A DNA stretch of 64,000 bases, taken from the NCBI RefSeq assembly GCF_006345805.1, contig NC_043003.1:23808001-23872000 (forward strand), in the 5' to 3' direction. The position numbers and the translations under genes were made by a program. This document shows, in pieces, positions 1-13,728 of this stretch. Positions within the stretch are counted from its first letter, which is position 1, and each line of letters opens with the position of its first letter. This DNA comes from Octopus sinensis (taxonomy: Eukaryota). Under the pieces are notes generated by a model that ran no database searches, was not told the DNA's origin, and saw only the letters and a list, made by a program, of their open reading frames with translations.

Positions 1-1489
1 CAAGAACTGCTAAAGACCAGGTAGTAAATCGAGTTGCATTTAGAATTTAGAAAATGATGTACACATTAGGTAATGTAGCATAGTTACACAAATGTCTAAA
101 ACTAAAATTGGGGTGCTTATGGATGGAATGCCTTGATACTTAATCTGTTCAGTCAGAACACAAGCGCCTCAGGAACCACTTGTTCCCTTACAATGCACTA
201 TTCAAGCCTTTTCTTCATATACTATATTTAATGGAGTCAGTGACCGTACACCTTCCTGCCCAGTTCTGATGACGCATTATTTTTCATGTGAAAGACAGAG
301 CTGTGGTTTCGTATTTTCTTGTTTTCGCGAACTTAATCTTGAAACAACGGTCTATTTAACTATCTGAGAGAGGGGACAAATTTACACAACATCACAGCAT
401 GCCTATTCATGAGATGGCCCGTGACAAATGTGTAAGGCGGTAGCCCTATTCCATAACAGACTCCTCGTCAAGCGCTCCCAGTTACGGGTCAAATAGCAGA
501 GGTTCCTGTGGTTAAAGGATGCACTGGGCTAAATCAAACCAAGAAGTATTGTCAACTACATATACCTCAATGACACTGAACGCCTGTGCTGAAGCCTCAT
601 TTTCAGAAGTTTACTGTCGTACTCCTTGCTTTGTAAAATTTCTTCAGTTTTGCTTCTTTTTGTTTTTGATTTTTTTTGTTTTGTTTTGCTTGATTTGCAA
701 TATTAATTTTAATAAAATAAATAATTATTTGTATAGCAATCAAGTAAGATTCAAATAAACGGGGATTTGTATTGCAATGGTGTAATTGCTTTTCATAATT
801 AACCTTGTATAATGGCTACATTGTATTGAATTAAATTGCGTAGGGCTCAGTTGGATATCGATACTCCGTAACGATTCGGTTTTGATGGATATTGTTTTCG
901 ATTTGTACCGAAATAGTCGATGAAATAAACAAATAATAGTTAACAACTTGTTGCCTGAAAAGTGCTATAAAATTATAGTCATCTGCTCAAATTTGTCAGT
1001 ACACTAAATATACTTTATATTTTCCGATCGTTAAGCACTGGAGTTGGTTAAGGTAACAGTCGTAGAGTAGAAAAGAAACCGATAAAACATAGATGAGATT
1101 CTGATAAAGGATAACGCAGTTAAATTTAAATCGAAATGTTAACGATTGTACTCAAAAGTTACGGAATAACAACGACGACAAATTTAGCTACTACTATAAA
1201 ATATTAAACCAATGAAAATATCTAAGGGCTACGGCAGAATTTCTGCTCTCTTGACATAAACGATATTATGGTATTGGAACTGCAAACATTGAGATTTCAT
1301 TCTGAATGAATTTTGATCCAAAAATCAATTCCTATTCCATTATGACTGGATTAACGTTGCGTTTTCTATTTCAAAGAATCCATTTAAATATTTGGCGAAT
1401 ATTCACCGACGGCTATTGAAAGAATATAAGAAAACTCCAAAGAGATTCAGTTCAAAACGTAATAAGATTTCGAATCCATATTTCCCCAT

Positions 1490-1491
1490 TG

Positions 1492-1564
<73 letters not shown>

Positions 1565-1603
1565 CTTACATATCACATATATGTGTGTGTGTATACATAT
1601 ACA

Positions 1604-1634
<31 letters not shown>

Positions 1635-1636
1635 TA

Positions 1637-1686
<50 letters not shown>

Positions 1687-1800
1687 ATATATATACATAT
1701 ATATATATATGTATGTATATATATACATATATATATGTGTGTAGAGATATACATATACTTATATATATATATATACTAGTATACATATATATAGATATAT
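1490..1800. repeat. Compound microsatellite (TATC)n followed by (TA)n/(TATG)n
   Basis: Direct reading; explains the IYIY/YLSI ORFs at 1392-2089. Confidence 0.95.
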
Positions 1801-2332
1801 ATGCATATAAATACGTGCAGATATATATTGTGTGGTTTGTGTGTGTGTGCGTGCCTGTTTGTGCTTGTGTTTGTGAGTGTGAATGAGTGCGTATTTTGGA
1901 ATGAATATAATTCTTAACATTCTTATCGTCCTTATTGATATGTATACTTATACATCTGGATACACACAAAAATATACATACACAGATACATACACGCACA
2001 CACACGCGCATACATACGCACATACACACACACATACATGGATTGGTTAGCGATTGTGTTTGCCAATGAAGCGGAAATACTGAATACATAAAGTAGATTG
2101 TATATATTATATTACAATCTCAAATATATTGAATCGCTTCTTTGAATTTCACATGACATTTGCACAAACGATTGACGAAAGTAGTCCGATGACATGTAAG
2201 GCAAAATATCCTTAGAAATATTGCAATCTTAGTGGTCAGAAAAATATCGTAGAATGGCTAAATAAAATGAACACGTACTACATGTATCTTCTCAGTCGTC
2301 ATGCATAGAACACGGTCTATATTTGTATCACT

Positions 2333-2700
2333 AAGCAGCGAGCTGGCAGAAACGTTAGCACACCGGGCGAAATGCTTAGCGGTATTTCGTCTGCCGCTAT
2401 ATTCTGAGTTCAAATTCCGCCGAGCTCGACTTTGCCTTTCATCCTTTCGGGGTCGATTAAATAAGTACCAGTTACGCACTGGAGTCGATATAATCAACTT
2501 AACCTGTTTTTCTGTCCTTGTTTGTCCACTCTGTGTTTAGCCCCTTGTGGATAGTAAAGAAATAGGTATTTCGTCTGCCGCTACGTTCTAAATTCAAATT
2601 CCACCGAGGTCGACTTTGCCTTTCATCGTTTTGGGATCGATCTAATCGATTAACCACCTCCCCAAAAATTTTGGGCCTTGTGTCTAGAGTAGAAAAGTAT
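2333..2700 (+). mobile_element. tRNA-derived SINE family A (GAGCTGGCAGAAACGTTAGCAC head; internally duplicated body)
   Basis: Head plus B-box-like GAGTTCAAATTCC; the unit GGTATTTCGTCTG...GGTCGACTTTGCCTTTCATC occurs twice; more than 10 related copies in the window. Confidence 0.85.
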
Positions 2701-3129
2701 ATTTGTGTCATCATCAGAATCCCTTAACTGATGCGGCCTGTCGTTGCTGTTGCACGCTAAACGCTTTCACAGTCAGCCGTCGCAAGTGGTCTCTTTTCTC
2801 TGTTATGCGTAGTAGGTTCTATGTGCAGTGACCTCTCCAGTCACCAGTGTTTTTAAACCAGGATTTTCTCTGTCTTTCTCGCTTTTGCCCTCCCTCAAGT
2901 ATACTCTGAAGAATGGTTTTACAAAAGATATGATTTCTTGATGTTTTCAGTAGCCCACTGGTCATAGAAACAAAAAAGTGATCGATAGTTTATAATCCTT
3001 TTAACTTTATGCACAAAGCCCGAAATTTTGTTGTGGGGGGATAGTCGATTAAATCGACTCCACTGCTCAACGGGTACGCATTTTATTGACCCCAAAATGA
3101 TTAAAGCCAATGTTCACTTCGGCGACATT

Positions 3130-4250
3130 TAAACAATATTCCGACGGTATGTTGTCACCTACGCGTTCAAAAGGAAACAAGTAAAGAACACAGAAATACA
3201 TGGATTCAAAATATGAACCAGAATACCATTTATTTCTTCCGCATTGGAGTTCTCAAATGCTGTCCACACCGCACATTGTTTAACCATAACACCAAAAACA
3301 ATTATTTCCCTTTATCAACCATTTTATTTTTAAGAGACGTCTATGTTCATAACAGTTTACACTTACTTGTAACGTAAGAGCTTACCTCGTCGATAATACA
3401 CTATTAGCCACTAAAAAAAACATCTTTATTCCTACAATTCAATAAATTCAAATAACTAAAATCCCACGTTTGACCCATACGGCTGTGGTCAATTTTCACT
3501 TGCATGCATATCTGCCTGTGATTGAAAACTGTCCAGAAAAGCTCTCATTGGATCAACTGAAAATCCGAACCCATATAAAATTTTACCTTGAGAACAATAA
3601 ATTTATCTTTTTTTCCGAAAGTTAAAGTTTCAAATGCCAACAAAATCCAAAGACGTCATGCAGAAACAGATTACTCCTAGAAAGTGGAGGCGCAATGGCC
3701 CAGTGGTTAGGGCAGCGGACACACGGTCATAGGATCGCGGTTTCGCTTCCCAGACCGGGGGTTGTGAGTGTTTATTGAGCGAAAACACCTAAAAGGTCCA
3801 CGAGTCTCCGGCAGGGGATGGTAGTGATCCTTGCTGTACTCGTTCACCACAACTTTCTCTCACTCTTACTTCCTGTTTCTGTTGTACCTGTATTTTAAGG
3901 GGCCGGCCTTGTCATTCTCTGTGTCACGCTGAATATCCCCGAGAACTACGTTAAGGGTGCACGTGTCTGTGGAGTGCTCAGCCACTTACACGTTAATTTC
4001 ACGAGCAGGCTGTTTCGTTGATTCGGATCAACCGGAACCCTCATCGTCGTAACCGACGGAGTGCTTCCATACTCCTAGAAAGCCGACTAAATGTTATGCC
4101 TTCTCACATAAATATTCGCAAACATCTTTGTTAATGAATTCACACCATGTTTTTAAAGACGTATTCCTGTAAAAATCAAAAGATATTCAGAAAACATTTG
4201 CCCAAAACAATCTATCACGTTAGTAAATACATTTATCTACGTTAAAACTT
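3130..4250 (-). pseudogene. Highly decayed Penelope-like RT fragment, interrupted by a SINE
   Basis: Minus-strand remnants in the expected order, read across frameshifts: SFNV..FTNV (~4245), a GxAMG-like stretch (~3600) and a LN..HP-like stretch (~3200). Confidence 0.4.
3685..4069 (+). mobile_element. tRNA-derived SINE family C, full length, with 13-bp target-site duplication
   Basis: A-box TGGCCCAGTGG and B-box-like GGTTTCGCTTCC; TACTCCTAGAAAG is duplicated at 3672-3684 and 4070-4082. Confidence 0.9.
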
Positions 4251-5106
4251 TAACCAATATCCAATCATAAATTTTGTCACTTGAAACTTCTTCGTAAGCC
4301 GAAATATACTCATCCATGTCCATACTACGACGGTGCCCGTATTATCTGTCATTTTAAGTGAATAAATGTTAGCTAGTCACGGAGTGTGTTACGATGGACG
4401 TTTGTGAATTTATTCCAGGTCTTCTTTATACTTATTTAAATGTGTTCTCTAATGATTGTCTAACAAGATTGAAGAAATTTTAGCAGTATGTGTAAAGGTT
4501 GCTCCCGAACTTCATCCGGATGCCAATTTAGGTTTTTGCAAACCAGTTATTCCAGATTCGACCACCATTATTGTCAATAAACCTGGGATTATCTGATTTT
4601 TCGTTACCATTTTTTTGAAAAAATATTCCTTCTTTGTTAGAGCTTGGATTTCCGAAACACTAAGAATTTTGACAAAAAATTAAGTAGCTCAAGGATTATT
4701 TTGGTTTATCCGTTGTCACGAGCAGAAGGAATATTTTTTGAAAAAAATGGAAACGAAAAATCAGAAAAACCCAGGTTTATTGAAACTAATGATGATGGAA
4801 TGTGGCTTAACTGGTTTGCAAAAACCTAAATTGGCATCAGGATGAAGTTAGGGAGCGACGCTCACAAACACTACTAAAATGTCTTGAATCTTATTAGACA
4901 GGCATTAGAGAAAACCTTTTAACAAGTATAAAGAAGACCTGGAATAAATTCACAAACGTCCAGCGTAACGCACTCCGTGACTAGCTAACAATCATTCACT
5001 TAAATTGTAAAATAATACGGGCACCGTCGTAGTATGGGCATGGATGAGTATATTTCAGCTTGCGAAGAAGTTTCGAGTGACAAAATTTATGAGTGGCTAT
5101 CGGTCA
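4251..5106. mobile_element. Fold-back / MITE-like element with ~380-bp inverted arms
   Basis: 4261-4633 is the imperfect reverse complement of 4724-5096 (e.g. CATACTACGACGGTGCCCGTATTAT vs ATAATACGGGCACCGTCGTAGTATG). Confidence 0.85.
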
Positions 5107-5199
5107 GCCATACACCAATTAGAGAGAGTAACTTGACAAAAGAGATTTGGAAAAGGAAGCAAATAATTTCATACATGAGACTGAAGCTAAGATTTTGCT

Positions 5200-6010
5200 G
5201 TTAGAATAAAGAATACCTGTATCTTAAGGTCTTCCCAAAATGCAGAAAATGCTAAAAAAGTTACCTTCATTGCGCCCAATTTGCAGCGGATATTAATGTT
5301 GCCCAGCCAAAATTTCGCAGTGGCTGGAGGGTTTTCTACTCGCTGTACCCAAAAGATCGAGTGTCTATATTTGGGATGCATTTGATTTTGTGTCCAACCA
5401 TGGCTTTTGTTTTTCCCTAGACCCCAATGTTGATCTTTGTTGATGGATGGAAGTATGCATGAATCCCTTCGAAAAACGCACAAACAAAAGTTTTCTAATT
5501 TTCTCTGTAAATTATTGTAGGCTATGTTACAAAGTAATACGATGAAGTTTAGACAAAAGATTTGCCTCGTGATGAGGGTATGCTCCATGGAGCCCCCAGT
5601 TTTAATTTTAGGATGAAACGGATTTATAATGACATAGAGGATTTCTGGAAACGTGCAAAAGCTTTTGAACGCCATTGTGATGAGCGCGGTTTCAGTGAAT
5701 CACTATTAAAAGGCATCTCAAATGACAAACTTTGACGCTTGACTTTTGCATCGGAAGTAAATTTTGTGATTGAATTGCTTTAGCGATTAACTGGCACCGA
5801 AATTGTGCTGGCATTTCAAAAGTGTTTCATGAATGCTACCAGCATATTTGAGAAAAAAATTTCGTTTGGTGGAAATATACTTCCATCCGCCTATTGTAGC
5901 TTTTAGACACCATAAAAATATAAGAGAATTATTAACCACTATCTCTAACTCCACGAAAACTACCACTGGAGTTTCTGAACCCTGCACTTCGAAAAACAGA
6001 CGCAAGAGGA
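5200..6010 (+). pseudogene. Decayed, internally deleted Penelope-like element (RT N-terminus, thumb, linker)
   Basis: Plus-strand frames give LPKMQK..LRPICSG*CCPAKISQWLEGFL..VYIWDAFDF, RMKRIYNDIEDFWKRAKAFERHCDERGFSE and PPIVAFRHHKNIRELL...PC, all PLE-type motifs. Confidence 0.75.
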
Positions 6011-6159
6011 ACGCAAGATATTCTCATTCGTATTTTGAATTTCTGTATTTCTACCTTCTTTACATTTTTCATTTTGAACAGGAGAAAGAGAGACATGCAT
6101 TTGAAATATTGTTCATTTCCATAAACACAGTCAATTCCTATTACAAAACGCATCACGCT

Positions 6160-8584
6160 TAGATGCAAGTCACAACAACATCCCCTTAGACGCAATCTCA
6201 ACAACAACATCTTCAACAATAATAAAAATGAGGAGAGTAACCATATTTCATAGGCAAGACAAGCTCACTAATGTTGGCTGATAATCGTCCTTCAGTTATC
6301 TTGAACAAAATTATCCCTTGGTGGGAAAGGGTAAAACGCACAACTAAAAGAAACACAGTGTCTATAGACAAAAACACATGCCGGATCGGCTTTCGCCCGG
6401 GTTAGTAAAGGCAGTATCCACCAGAGAGGTATCAGCCTGGGGTCAAAAAGTCTGCAGCTGAAACAAGCTCCGCTCCAAATACGAACTTGGTCACTTGAAG
6501 GAGATTAATCTCATCCCAATCACTCCCAGTTCATCAGCAGCACAAAGAAAACAAAAATCTAAACGTATTAAACGGACCCTGGAAAAGTATAATGAAGTGA
6601 TATATGCATTCTATCACACATTGTGTAAAGCCATTTGAATGAAAACAGACAGTAAATTCTTTTACAGTATGGAGAAATAGAAATCCAGAAATGAAGCAAA
6701 ATATGGATGAAAACAAAGTTGCCAATGTGACGTGACATTCTTAGAATCAAGCAACTAATAGATATAGTGTTAAATGGAATGAAGAGGAAGTTGAAAAAGT
6801 ATTTGAAGATATCAACAAAAAGGGATGAAAGTCAATACGTAACTGAAGAAAAACCACAAACTTTAGTAACCGGAAGAAATTTCCAAAAACTTTGAAAACA
6901 TCAGAAATACAAAAGAGCAAATTCAAGCTTAAAGACAGATTAATGATATGGATTAGGTTACTTTTACCAATGACGATAAAGATCGAATGAAACAAACACA
7001 AGAAATTTTCAAAGAACTTAGAAAAATCAAAAACATTAGTACGTGTGAAAGTGATTCGGTACAAAAATTGACAAAAAGAACTTAAATAAAAGGCATGAGA
7101 ATTGGAAATGAGAGTGTTAAAGCAATAATAGATGAGATGGAGCCTGATATAGCAGAATTGATTGGGGTTATATATGCAGCAACACCGGTAATAGAAAAGT
7201 AATGTATGTCAAGGAAAAGGCGAAGTTATACAACTCAGAAACACAGAAAAAACACACCCTGGAAGATAAGGATAAAGAAAGAAACGGAAATGATGAGGTG
7301 AGAAATATCGATTTGTGATAAAATATACGCTGGGAAATCTGTCAAGAAAATGGCAGAGAGTGATTAAGGAATACAAAGTAACCTCAAAACATGATATCCC
7401 ATCCATCAAAGCGATCCTGAAACAGAAAGTAGAGATGAAAGTTCAGAGTCAGAAGATTCGAGAAACGAAACGGATTTCCAGGCGAAATATGCCCTTTATG
7501 TCAGATGCAAAAATGTTTTGCCGGGAGATTACGATATCAGCAAATGAGAAAACGAATCTCCTTTAATTAATGAGACTGAATAATTTTGAAAAAACATTGA
7601 TAAAATGATAGTACATATTTTCCTTCATTCGATGATCACAACTCAACAACTTTAAATTTCCATTCCTTAACATGAATTTTATCCTTCTGCTCCCTCTTTT
7701 TCATTAATTCTTCATTCTGAATTTTCCCAACATTTTTTAATTCTTCATTTATAATTCCTAAACAAATTATTAATATCCAAATTATTCATATGGGATGCAA
7801 AAAATATGGAATACAAACATACGGAATAGAAAACAATCTAATATTGAGAATGAATAAGAGATAAAGAACATGGCAGAGACATACAATAATTGAGAAAGGC
7901 ACACATGATAAAATGCAAAAATGAAGAACTTGAGTTAGCATTAAAGAAAGTCAAGAGATGGAAGTATCCAGGCATTTATGTAGATCAAACACACACCATT
8001 CAATGTCTCCGAGGTGCTGGGCTAAAAGCAGACTGAGCGTTTCACTTTGTCTGCAAAAGACCAGTGCCTTTCAGGGCGCTACGTTCAAACCAATGTAATA
8101 AGAAGTAAAACTGACCCAAAATGTCGATTTTGTGATGAGTAGTTTCAGACCACTGTCCAACTTTTTTCATCCTGCAAATTAATAGTTCCCCAGTAATATA
8201 AAACTAGTTGTGGTTGAGTAGGGCAATATTTACATACGGTAATATGCAGGCCTCACTACATAATGACAGAAGAAAATGCCAGCCGCATGCTGTAATAGGA
8301 GATGCGGACATGACAGTTCGTTGGCATTTTCTTGTAATCTCTCAGAATGATAAGTTCCAACGGACCCAATATAATTGTGAAGTACCGAAAAAAGAAAATA
8401 TGCATTTTAATAACCATTAGCATGCCATGTGATCGCAAAATCTGGAAAGACTTGCGAAACCTCAGTAAATATGAAGGTCGGATACGTCCTTTAAAATACC
8501 GAATATAGTTGATGCACTTGGAATGATAAAAAAAAGAGAACAGAAAAGTATTTAGACCAGATACATGGAAAGCCATCCCTGCAA
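6160..8584 (+). mobile_element. Decayed R4/Dong-clade non-LTR retrotransposon (RT largely deleted)
   Basis: N-terminal KYNEVIYAFY..WRNRNPEMKQNMDENKVANV; ILKQKV..FMSDAKMFCRE; ALKKVKRWKYPG; LRGAGLKA; zinc knuckle DPKCRFCDE; restriction-like endonuclease GPNIIVKYRKKKICILITISMPCD; C-terminal ALGMIKK..KYLDQIHGKPSLQ. The 5' boundary is approximate. Confidence 0.8.
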
Positions 8585-10900
8585 GGGTTAAAATTCACAC
8601 CTATAATCTACCACCAGGAATTGGAGGAAGATATTCAAAACTTTTGTCGGAAACTACGGCTTGTGTGGTTTTTCACAGATAAAATCAATGAGAATGACGA
8701 ATCTTTGGCGAAAAAGAAATCAAAATTTAACCTGCCAAAAGGACAAAATATACATGTAGATCAGTTCATTGACATCCTCTCCAGATTTCCTCTGAGGCAT
8801 AATGTCAATGTTTGACCAAACAATTCAAAACTAGAAATCTGCCCTTATATGTCTTGAAAATGACAACACAATTGTCATCAAACAAGCGGATAAACGGGGT
8901 GCCAATATTATAATAGATAAAGAATATTAGTGGGATCCAGCTGAAGATCAATTGAAAAATACAACGTTCGACTATGAAATACCCTCGAATGTTGATCACC
9001 TCATCATGAAAACAATTATTTGATCTCAAAATATTATACTTCCCTCACTTTTAATGAAAGGGACTTTATTACAAATTTTGAGTCGAAATCCAGCAACGTC
9101 TATGGCTTACCCAAAATACATGTCAAAAGAAATACAGGGTGCTATAAAGGAACGAAGTTGTGAATACATAAAACTACTACAACCAGATGACCTTAAACAA
9201 AGACCCATTATAGCTGGTACAGCCTGTCCAACAATTCGTCTGAGCAACTTCCTTGACATTATTCTAAAACCACAATGTAGTCACATACCCAGTTTCATTC
9301 AAGATGACATTGATTTCCTGTCACATCTGTAGAAACAACAGTATTCCATTCACAGTCAGTTAGTTTTGATGTAACAAACTTATATACAAACATGATTTCC
9401 AACTTACTGCTATAAAATATTTGGTTGAGATACATAGAGAAGCGATCCCCAGTACATTTACTCTAACCTTGAAAGTTAGACGCGGCCAGCCGCATCCTCG
9501 AAAACAATACATTCTTGTTCAAAGGAAAAGAACTTCATTCATATTCGAGGCACAGCTATGGGGGCGTGATTTGCTCCAGTTTTCGCGAACTCTATATTGG
9601 AATACATGGAAAAGAAACCTATTAAAAACAATTGAAGTGAAGTACGGCATGACCTTTAAAACACATATAGAGGACACATGAAAAATATACCGTCACGATT
9701 GTTTCTTATCTGGACCAAATCCCTAGAAAATCTGGAAGAATTCAGCACTTTCCTCAATAATCTACACCCTAGTCTCAAATTCACAAGAGAAGTGAGCAAT
9801 ACACAATTACCATTTCTTAAAATAATGGTAATTAAAAACAACACCACAATCACAACTGATATTTATTATAAAAGCACAGATACACACCAGTACCTAACTT
9901 TCAAATTATACCTCACAACCCACACAAAATGCCACATCCCGTGCTGTCTAGCCAGGAAAATGTGTACGATACACGATGATCCAAATACCAGGAAAATACG
10001 ACTTTTATAATTCAAAGGATTTCTGCTCAAGAAAAAATACCGTCTCCCACTTATAGAAAATAGCATACAACGAACAAAAGAGATACCTATAGAATAACGT
10101 AAAACACAACGGAAACAAAAAACGAAATTTAACAGGAAGAAACACGATAAAACATCCACAGTGTCCAATTATAATGATAACAGATGTGGAACGTGTGAAT
10201 ACATGCATACGTGTAGATCCATCAGAACAAAAAATAGACAGATTTAAAAGAAAGCAGATATGAACTGCAGAAGCAGAAATTTGATATATTGCATTAATTG
10301 ACCAACTTGCGAGGAATTATACATAGGCGAGATGGGGAATACATTATCGGAACGCTCATGTATCCACAGACAACAAATCGGGAACACCAATTTTCGCCTA
10401 ATTCCACTGAGCGAACATATACAGACATGTGGTCAGAAAATGTTTCTAATTTTTCCTTTTCACAAACTACATGACACGAGTGAGGTTGGAAGAAAGATAA
10501 TCGAAAGACGTTTTATTAAAATGTTCAAACCTGTTTTGAACGGAAATAACAGCGATAATATAACAAACAGTTAATGATGTAGAATAAAATAAATATCCCT
10601 GGCATATCATAGCATGTTAGAGGATATCGGTACGCCTGGCAAACTGTGATGCTCAATTGCATGCCGATTGGTCAAAAGAATATTCTAAAAATTCAGCTTG
10701 CTGGAGGGTTCTAAGAGATGCTACAACTGTCAAGAACTCAACTGCCAGTTAAATACATTAGAAATATGATGATTACACTATGTATGAAAGCGCTAATGTT
10801 GCATTAATGAGCATTACAAAATATTTTTTTGATGCTAAAATACTATAATAAAAAACTTGAAAACCAGACCATGTTTTAAATTGTTCAATTGATATAGCTA
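8585..10900 (+). mobile_element. Penelope-like element (RT + GIY-YIG), 5'-truncated and frameshifted, with 3' terminal repeat region
   Basis: GLKFTP, IQNFCRKLRL, YGLPKIH, RPIIAGTACPT, SFDVTNLY, FLNNLHPSLKFTRE, TDIYYKSTDTHQYL, LIYCIN*PTCEELYIGE. Confidence 0.92.
10762..10800 (+). ncRNA. Degenerate HHR-like motif in PLE 3' end (family 5)
   Basis: AAAT-ATGATGA-TTAC ACTAT GTAT-GAAA-GCGC-TA-ATGT; palindromic AGCGCT stem III; core C3 is mutated. Confidence 0.45.
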
Positions 10901-10959
10901 TAAATCTATACGCATACACACACACACACGCACACGCACGCGTACACGCACACACACAT

Positions 10960-11011
<52 letters not shown>

Positions 11012-11354
11012 TTCTTTTGCTTGATTCGATCATTGGACTGCTTCCATACTGGGACTCCACTTTAAAGTGTTTAGCTGAGCGAAACGAGCTCAGCAATTTC
11101 TTGTTCTTTTTTTTTAACTCGGGTACTTTTCGAAACGGCTAAGTATCTAGAATGTAAACACACCAACAAAGGTCAAGTGATGGAAGGTCATACACAAACT
11201 GATTACCCGTACTCACACACTCCAAACACATATGTAGGACTGACCTCCGCACAGATTCCGTTTGCCAAATATACTCACAAGGCAGAGCATAAGCTTATAT
11301 AAGATTAGCAATCTATTTCATTCATAGCGAATAATATTTGATATTTTATAAATT

Positions 11355-11777
11355 GGCGTAGGAGTGGCTGTGTGGTATGGAGCTTGCTTACGAATCACAT
11401 GGTTCTGTGTTCAGTTCCACTGCGTGGCACCATGGGCAAGTGTCTTCTACTATAGCTTCATGCCGACCAAAGACTTGTCTGTGGATTTCGTAGACGGAAA
11501 CTGAAAGAAGCTCGTCGTATATATGTATATATATATATATGTATGTGTGTGTATATGTTTGTGTGCCTGTGTTTGTCCCTCCAACATCGCTTGGCAACCG
11601 ATGCTGGTGTGTTTTTGTCCTCGTAACTTAGCGGTTCGGCAAAAGAGATCGATAGAATAGTACTAAACTAACAAAGAATAATTTCTGGGGTCGAGATGCT
11701 CGACTAAAGGCGGTGCTCCAGCATGCCCACAGTCAAATGACTGAAACAAGTAAAAAAGTAAAAGAGTAAAAGAGAAG
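11355..11777 (+). mobile_element. tRNA-derived SINE family B (GGCGTAGGAGTGGCTGTGTGG head; CORE-like TGGGCAAGTG segment; internal microsatellite)
   Basis: A/B boxes, GGCACCATGGGCAAGTGTCTTC, (GTAAAAGA)n tail; about 10 copies in the window. Confidence 0.88.
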
Positions 11778-12740
11778 ACAATGAAAATATGAACCAGAAG
11801 GTAATTATTGTATATCTTCTGGTATTTGAAAAGGCATAGCATTTCGAATCTGAGATAACTTAATGAAGAATTTTATAAACTACAGCGTCTTTAAAAAATA
11901 CAGGATCCACATTGCTTTATTTCGTGGTCTGTTAACGAATTCAGTATAAATGTAGTCTATAATGTGGGCGTGTCAGCGAGATTTGGAGACCGTGAAAATA
12001 ACTATAAATTCAGAGAAGAGCGAACTGGCAAAAGAAAGCGAAACGAAATAGAAAAGAAAGCAGAGTGTGACATTAGCTGGCAAAGTTCCTAAATCTCACA
12101 CTAATATTAATCTATTATCACCTCCATGATAACTATTGGTTTTTTTTCTTGTATCTTTGTTGTTTATATCCCTGTGGGGCCATGAAGCCGCATCTTCATT
12201 TGTTTGAAAAATATTGTATTATTATGTTGTTTCTTAATGTTATATTGTTATGCGATGATTTTGCAGTGGTGTGAAAATTTATGAAATGACGTTTATGGGG
12301 ACGGAAAGTATAAATAAATATTATTACTAGAATTAAAAGCAGTATTTCTAGGTGAGCGGGCACTCAATGCCCATGAGGTTATCTCCAGCGTTATACCACA
12401 AACCGTACAAACATTACTTGGATTTGTGCCATGGTCGAGCTTAATATTCCTTAATGAATTATCACTCCATAAATATAAATCGATTATTTATGTTAATACG
12501 ACCATGTAGTGTGAAGCTATCTAAAACCATGGCTAAATGATTTCATAGTTTATGGAAAATATTATAGATATACACATAAGAGCGCCAGTTTGTGTATGCT
12601 TGAGGAATATATGAATATAAGCAGCTATGATTCTAGTTATGGTAAATGCATGTTTGAATGCATACATACTTAGGTACATGCATAGGTGTATATATGTGGC
12701 TGTATATGTATCGGCCCGAGATTATAGCAGAAGGCACTTC

Positions 12741-12825
<85 letters not shown>

Positions 12826-12829
<4 letters not shown>

Positions 12830-13045
12830 TGGGTGAGTCGTAGAAGCTTGCTTTCCAACCACATCGTTGCGGGTTCTGTCCCACTGCGTAGCACATTCGC
12901 GCAAGTGTCTTCCGCTATAACCTCGGGCGATCAAAGCGTTTTAAGTAAATTTGGGAGACGGAAACTGTGTTTATGTATGTGTATGTCCAACATCATCACT
13001 CGATAAACAATCTTGGTATGTTTACGTCTCCCTAACTTATGCAGT
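12826..13045 (+). mobile_element. SINE family B, partial
   Basis: Similarity to 11355-11777. Confidence 0.75.
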
Positions 13046-13728
13046 ATATTTTTTTAAACCTCCCTACGACATATCTTTCTGCCGCATGGATATCATGTTA
13101 TGTGTTGTCCATTTGCATCCCCTTACTTCAGCTGCATTATGATTTCATACTGGTGAATCGTATCCATGTAGCTTTATTCAATATGTTGTCATAAATAGAC
13201 TTTGAAGCAAACTAAATTATAATGGTTTTGATAGCCTTATATTTTAGGTTGTGGACAGTTGTATTGATCCCAACGGAATAACAATTCGCTTGGGCTTGTA
13301 CTAGGTATTTTCCGCCTACCCTTAAAAGAAAATAGGTGAATATCTAGTTAGTTTTTTGAATCTAAGAGAGCACATTCCTTAATAATTGTTCGAAATCCTA
13401 TATATACATGTGTGCGTTTGTGTGTGCGTGCGCGCGCGTGTGTGTGTGTTTGTCCGTGTGTATGCGTGCGTGTGTGTCACTGTATCACTGTACCGACCAG
13501 GCTATCTGATGTCGTTATACACTGCTGGTTACATTGCACCGCCGCACATTCTTGCAGTTTTCGAATGTTTCCAGTCCACTGGGTAGGGAATAGACAACAT
13601 TCCACAGTGAACATGAATGCCTGTCATCTGTTGTATGTATAAAACATTTGAATATATGTGAATGCATATATAGATAGGTGCCTTACATGCCCCTACCTCT
13701 TGAACACCACCCCTCTCACAGGCACCCA

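Noticed and set aside
1392-2089. Long ORFs rich in IY/YI/CV/HT repeats here and throughout the window
   Set aside because: Translations of stop-free dinucleotide and tetranucleotide microsatellites.
3685-3760. tRNA genes at SINE heads (also 11355, 18340-18407, 36886)
   Set aside because: A/B boxes are present but no complete cloverleaf is evident, and each continues into a multi-copy SINE body.
5187-5675. 162-aa minus-strand ORF
   Set aside because: Antisense to the decayed PLE RT on the plus strand.
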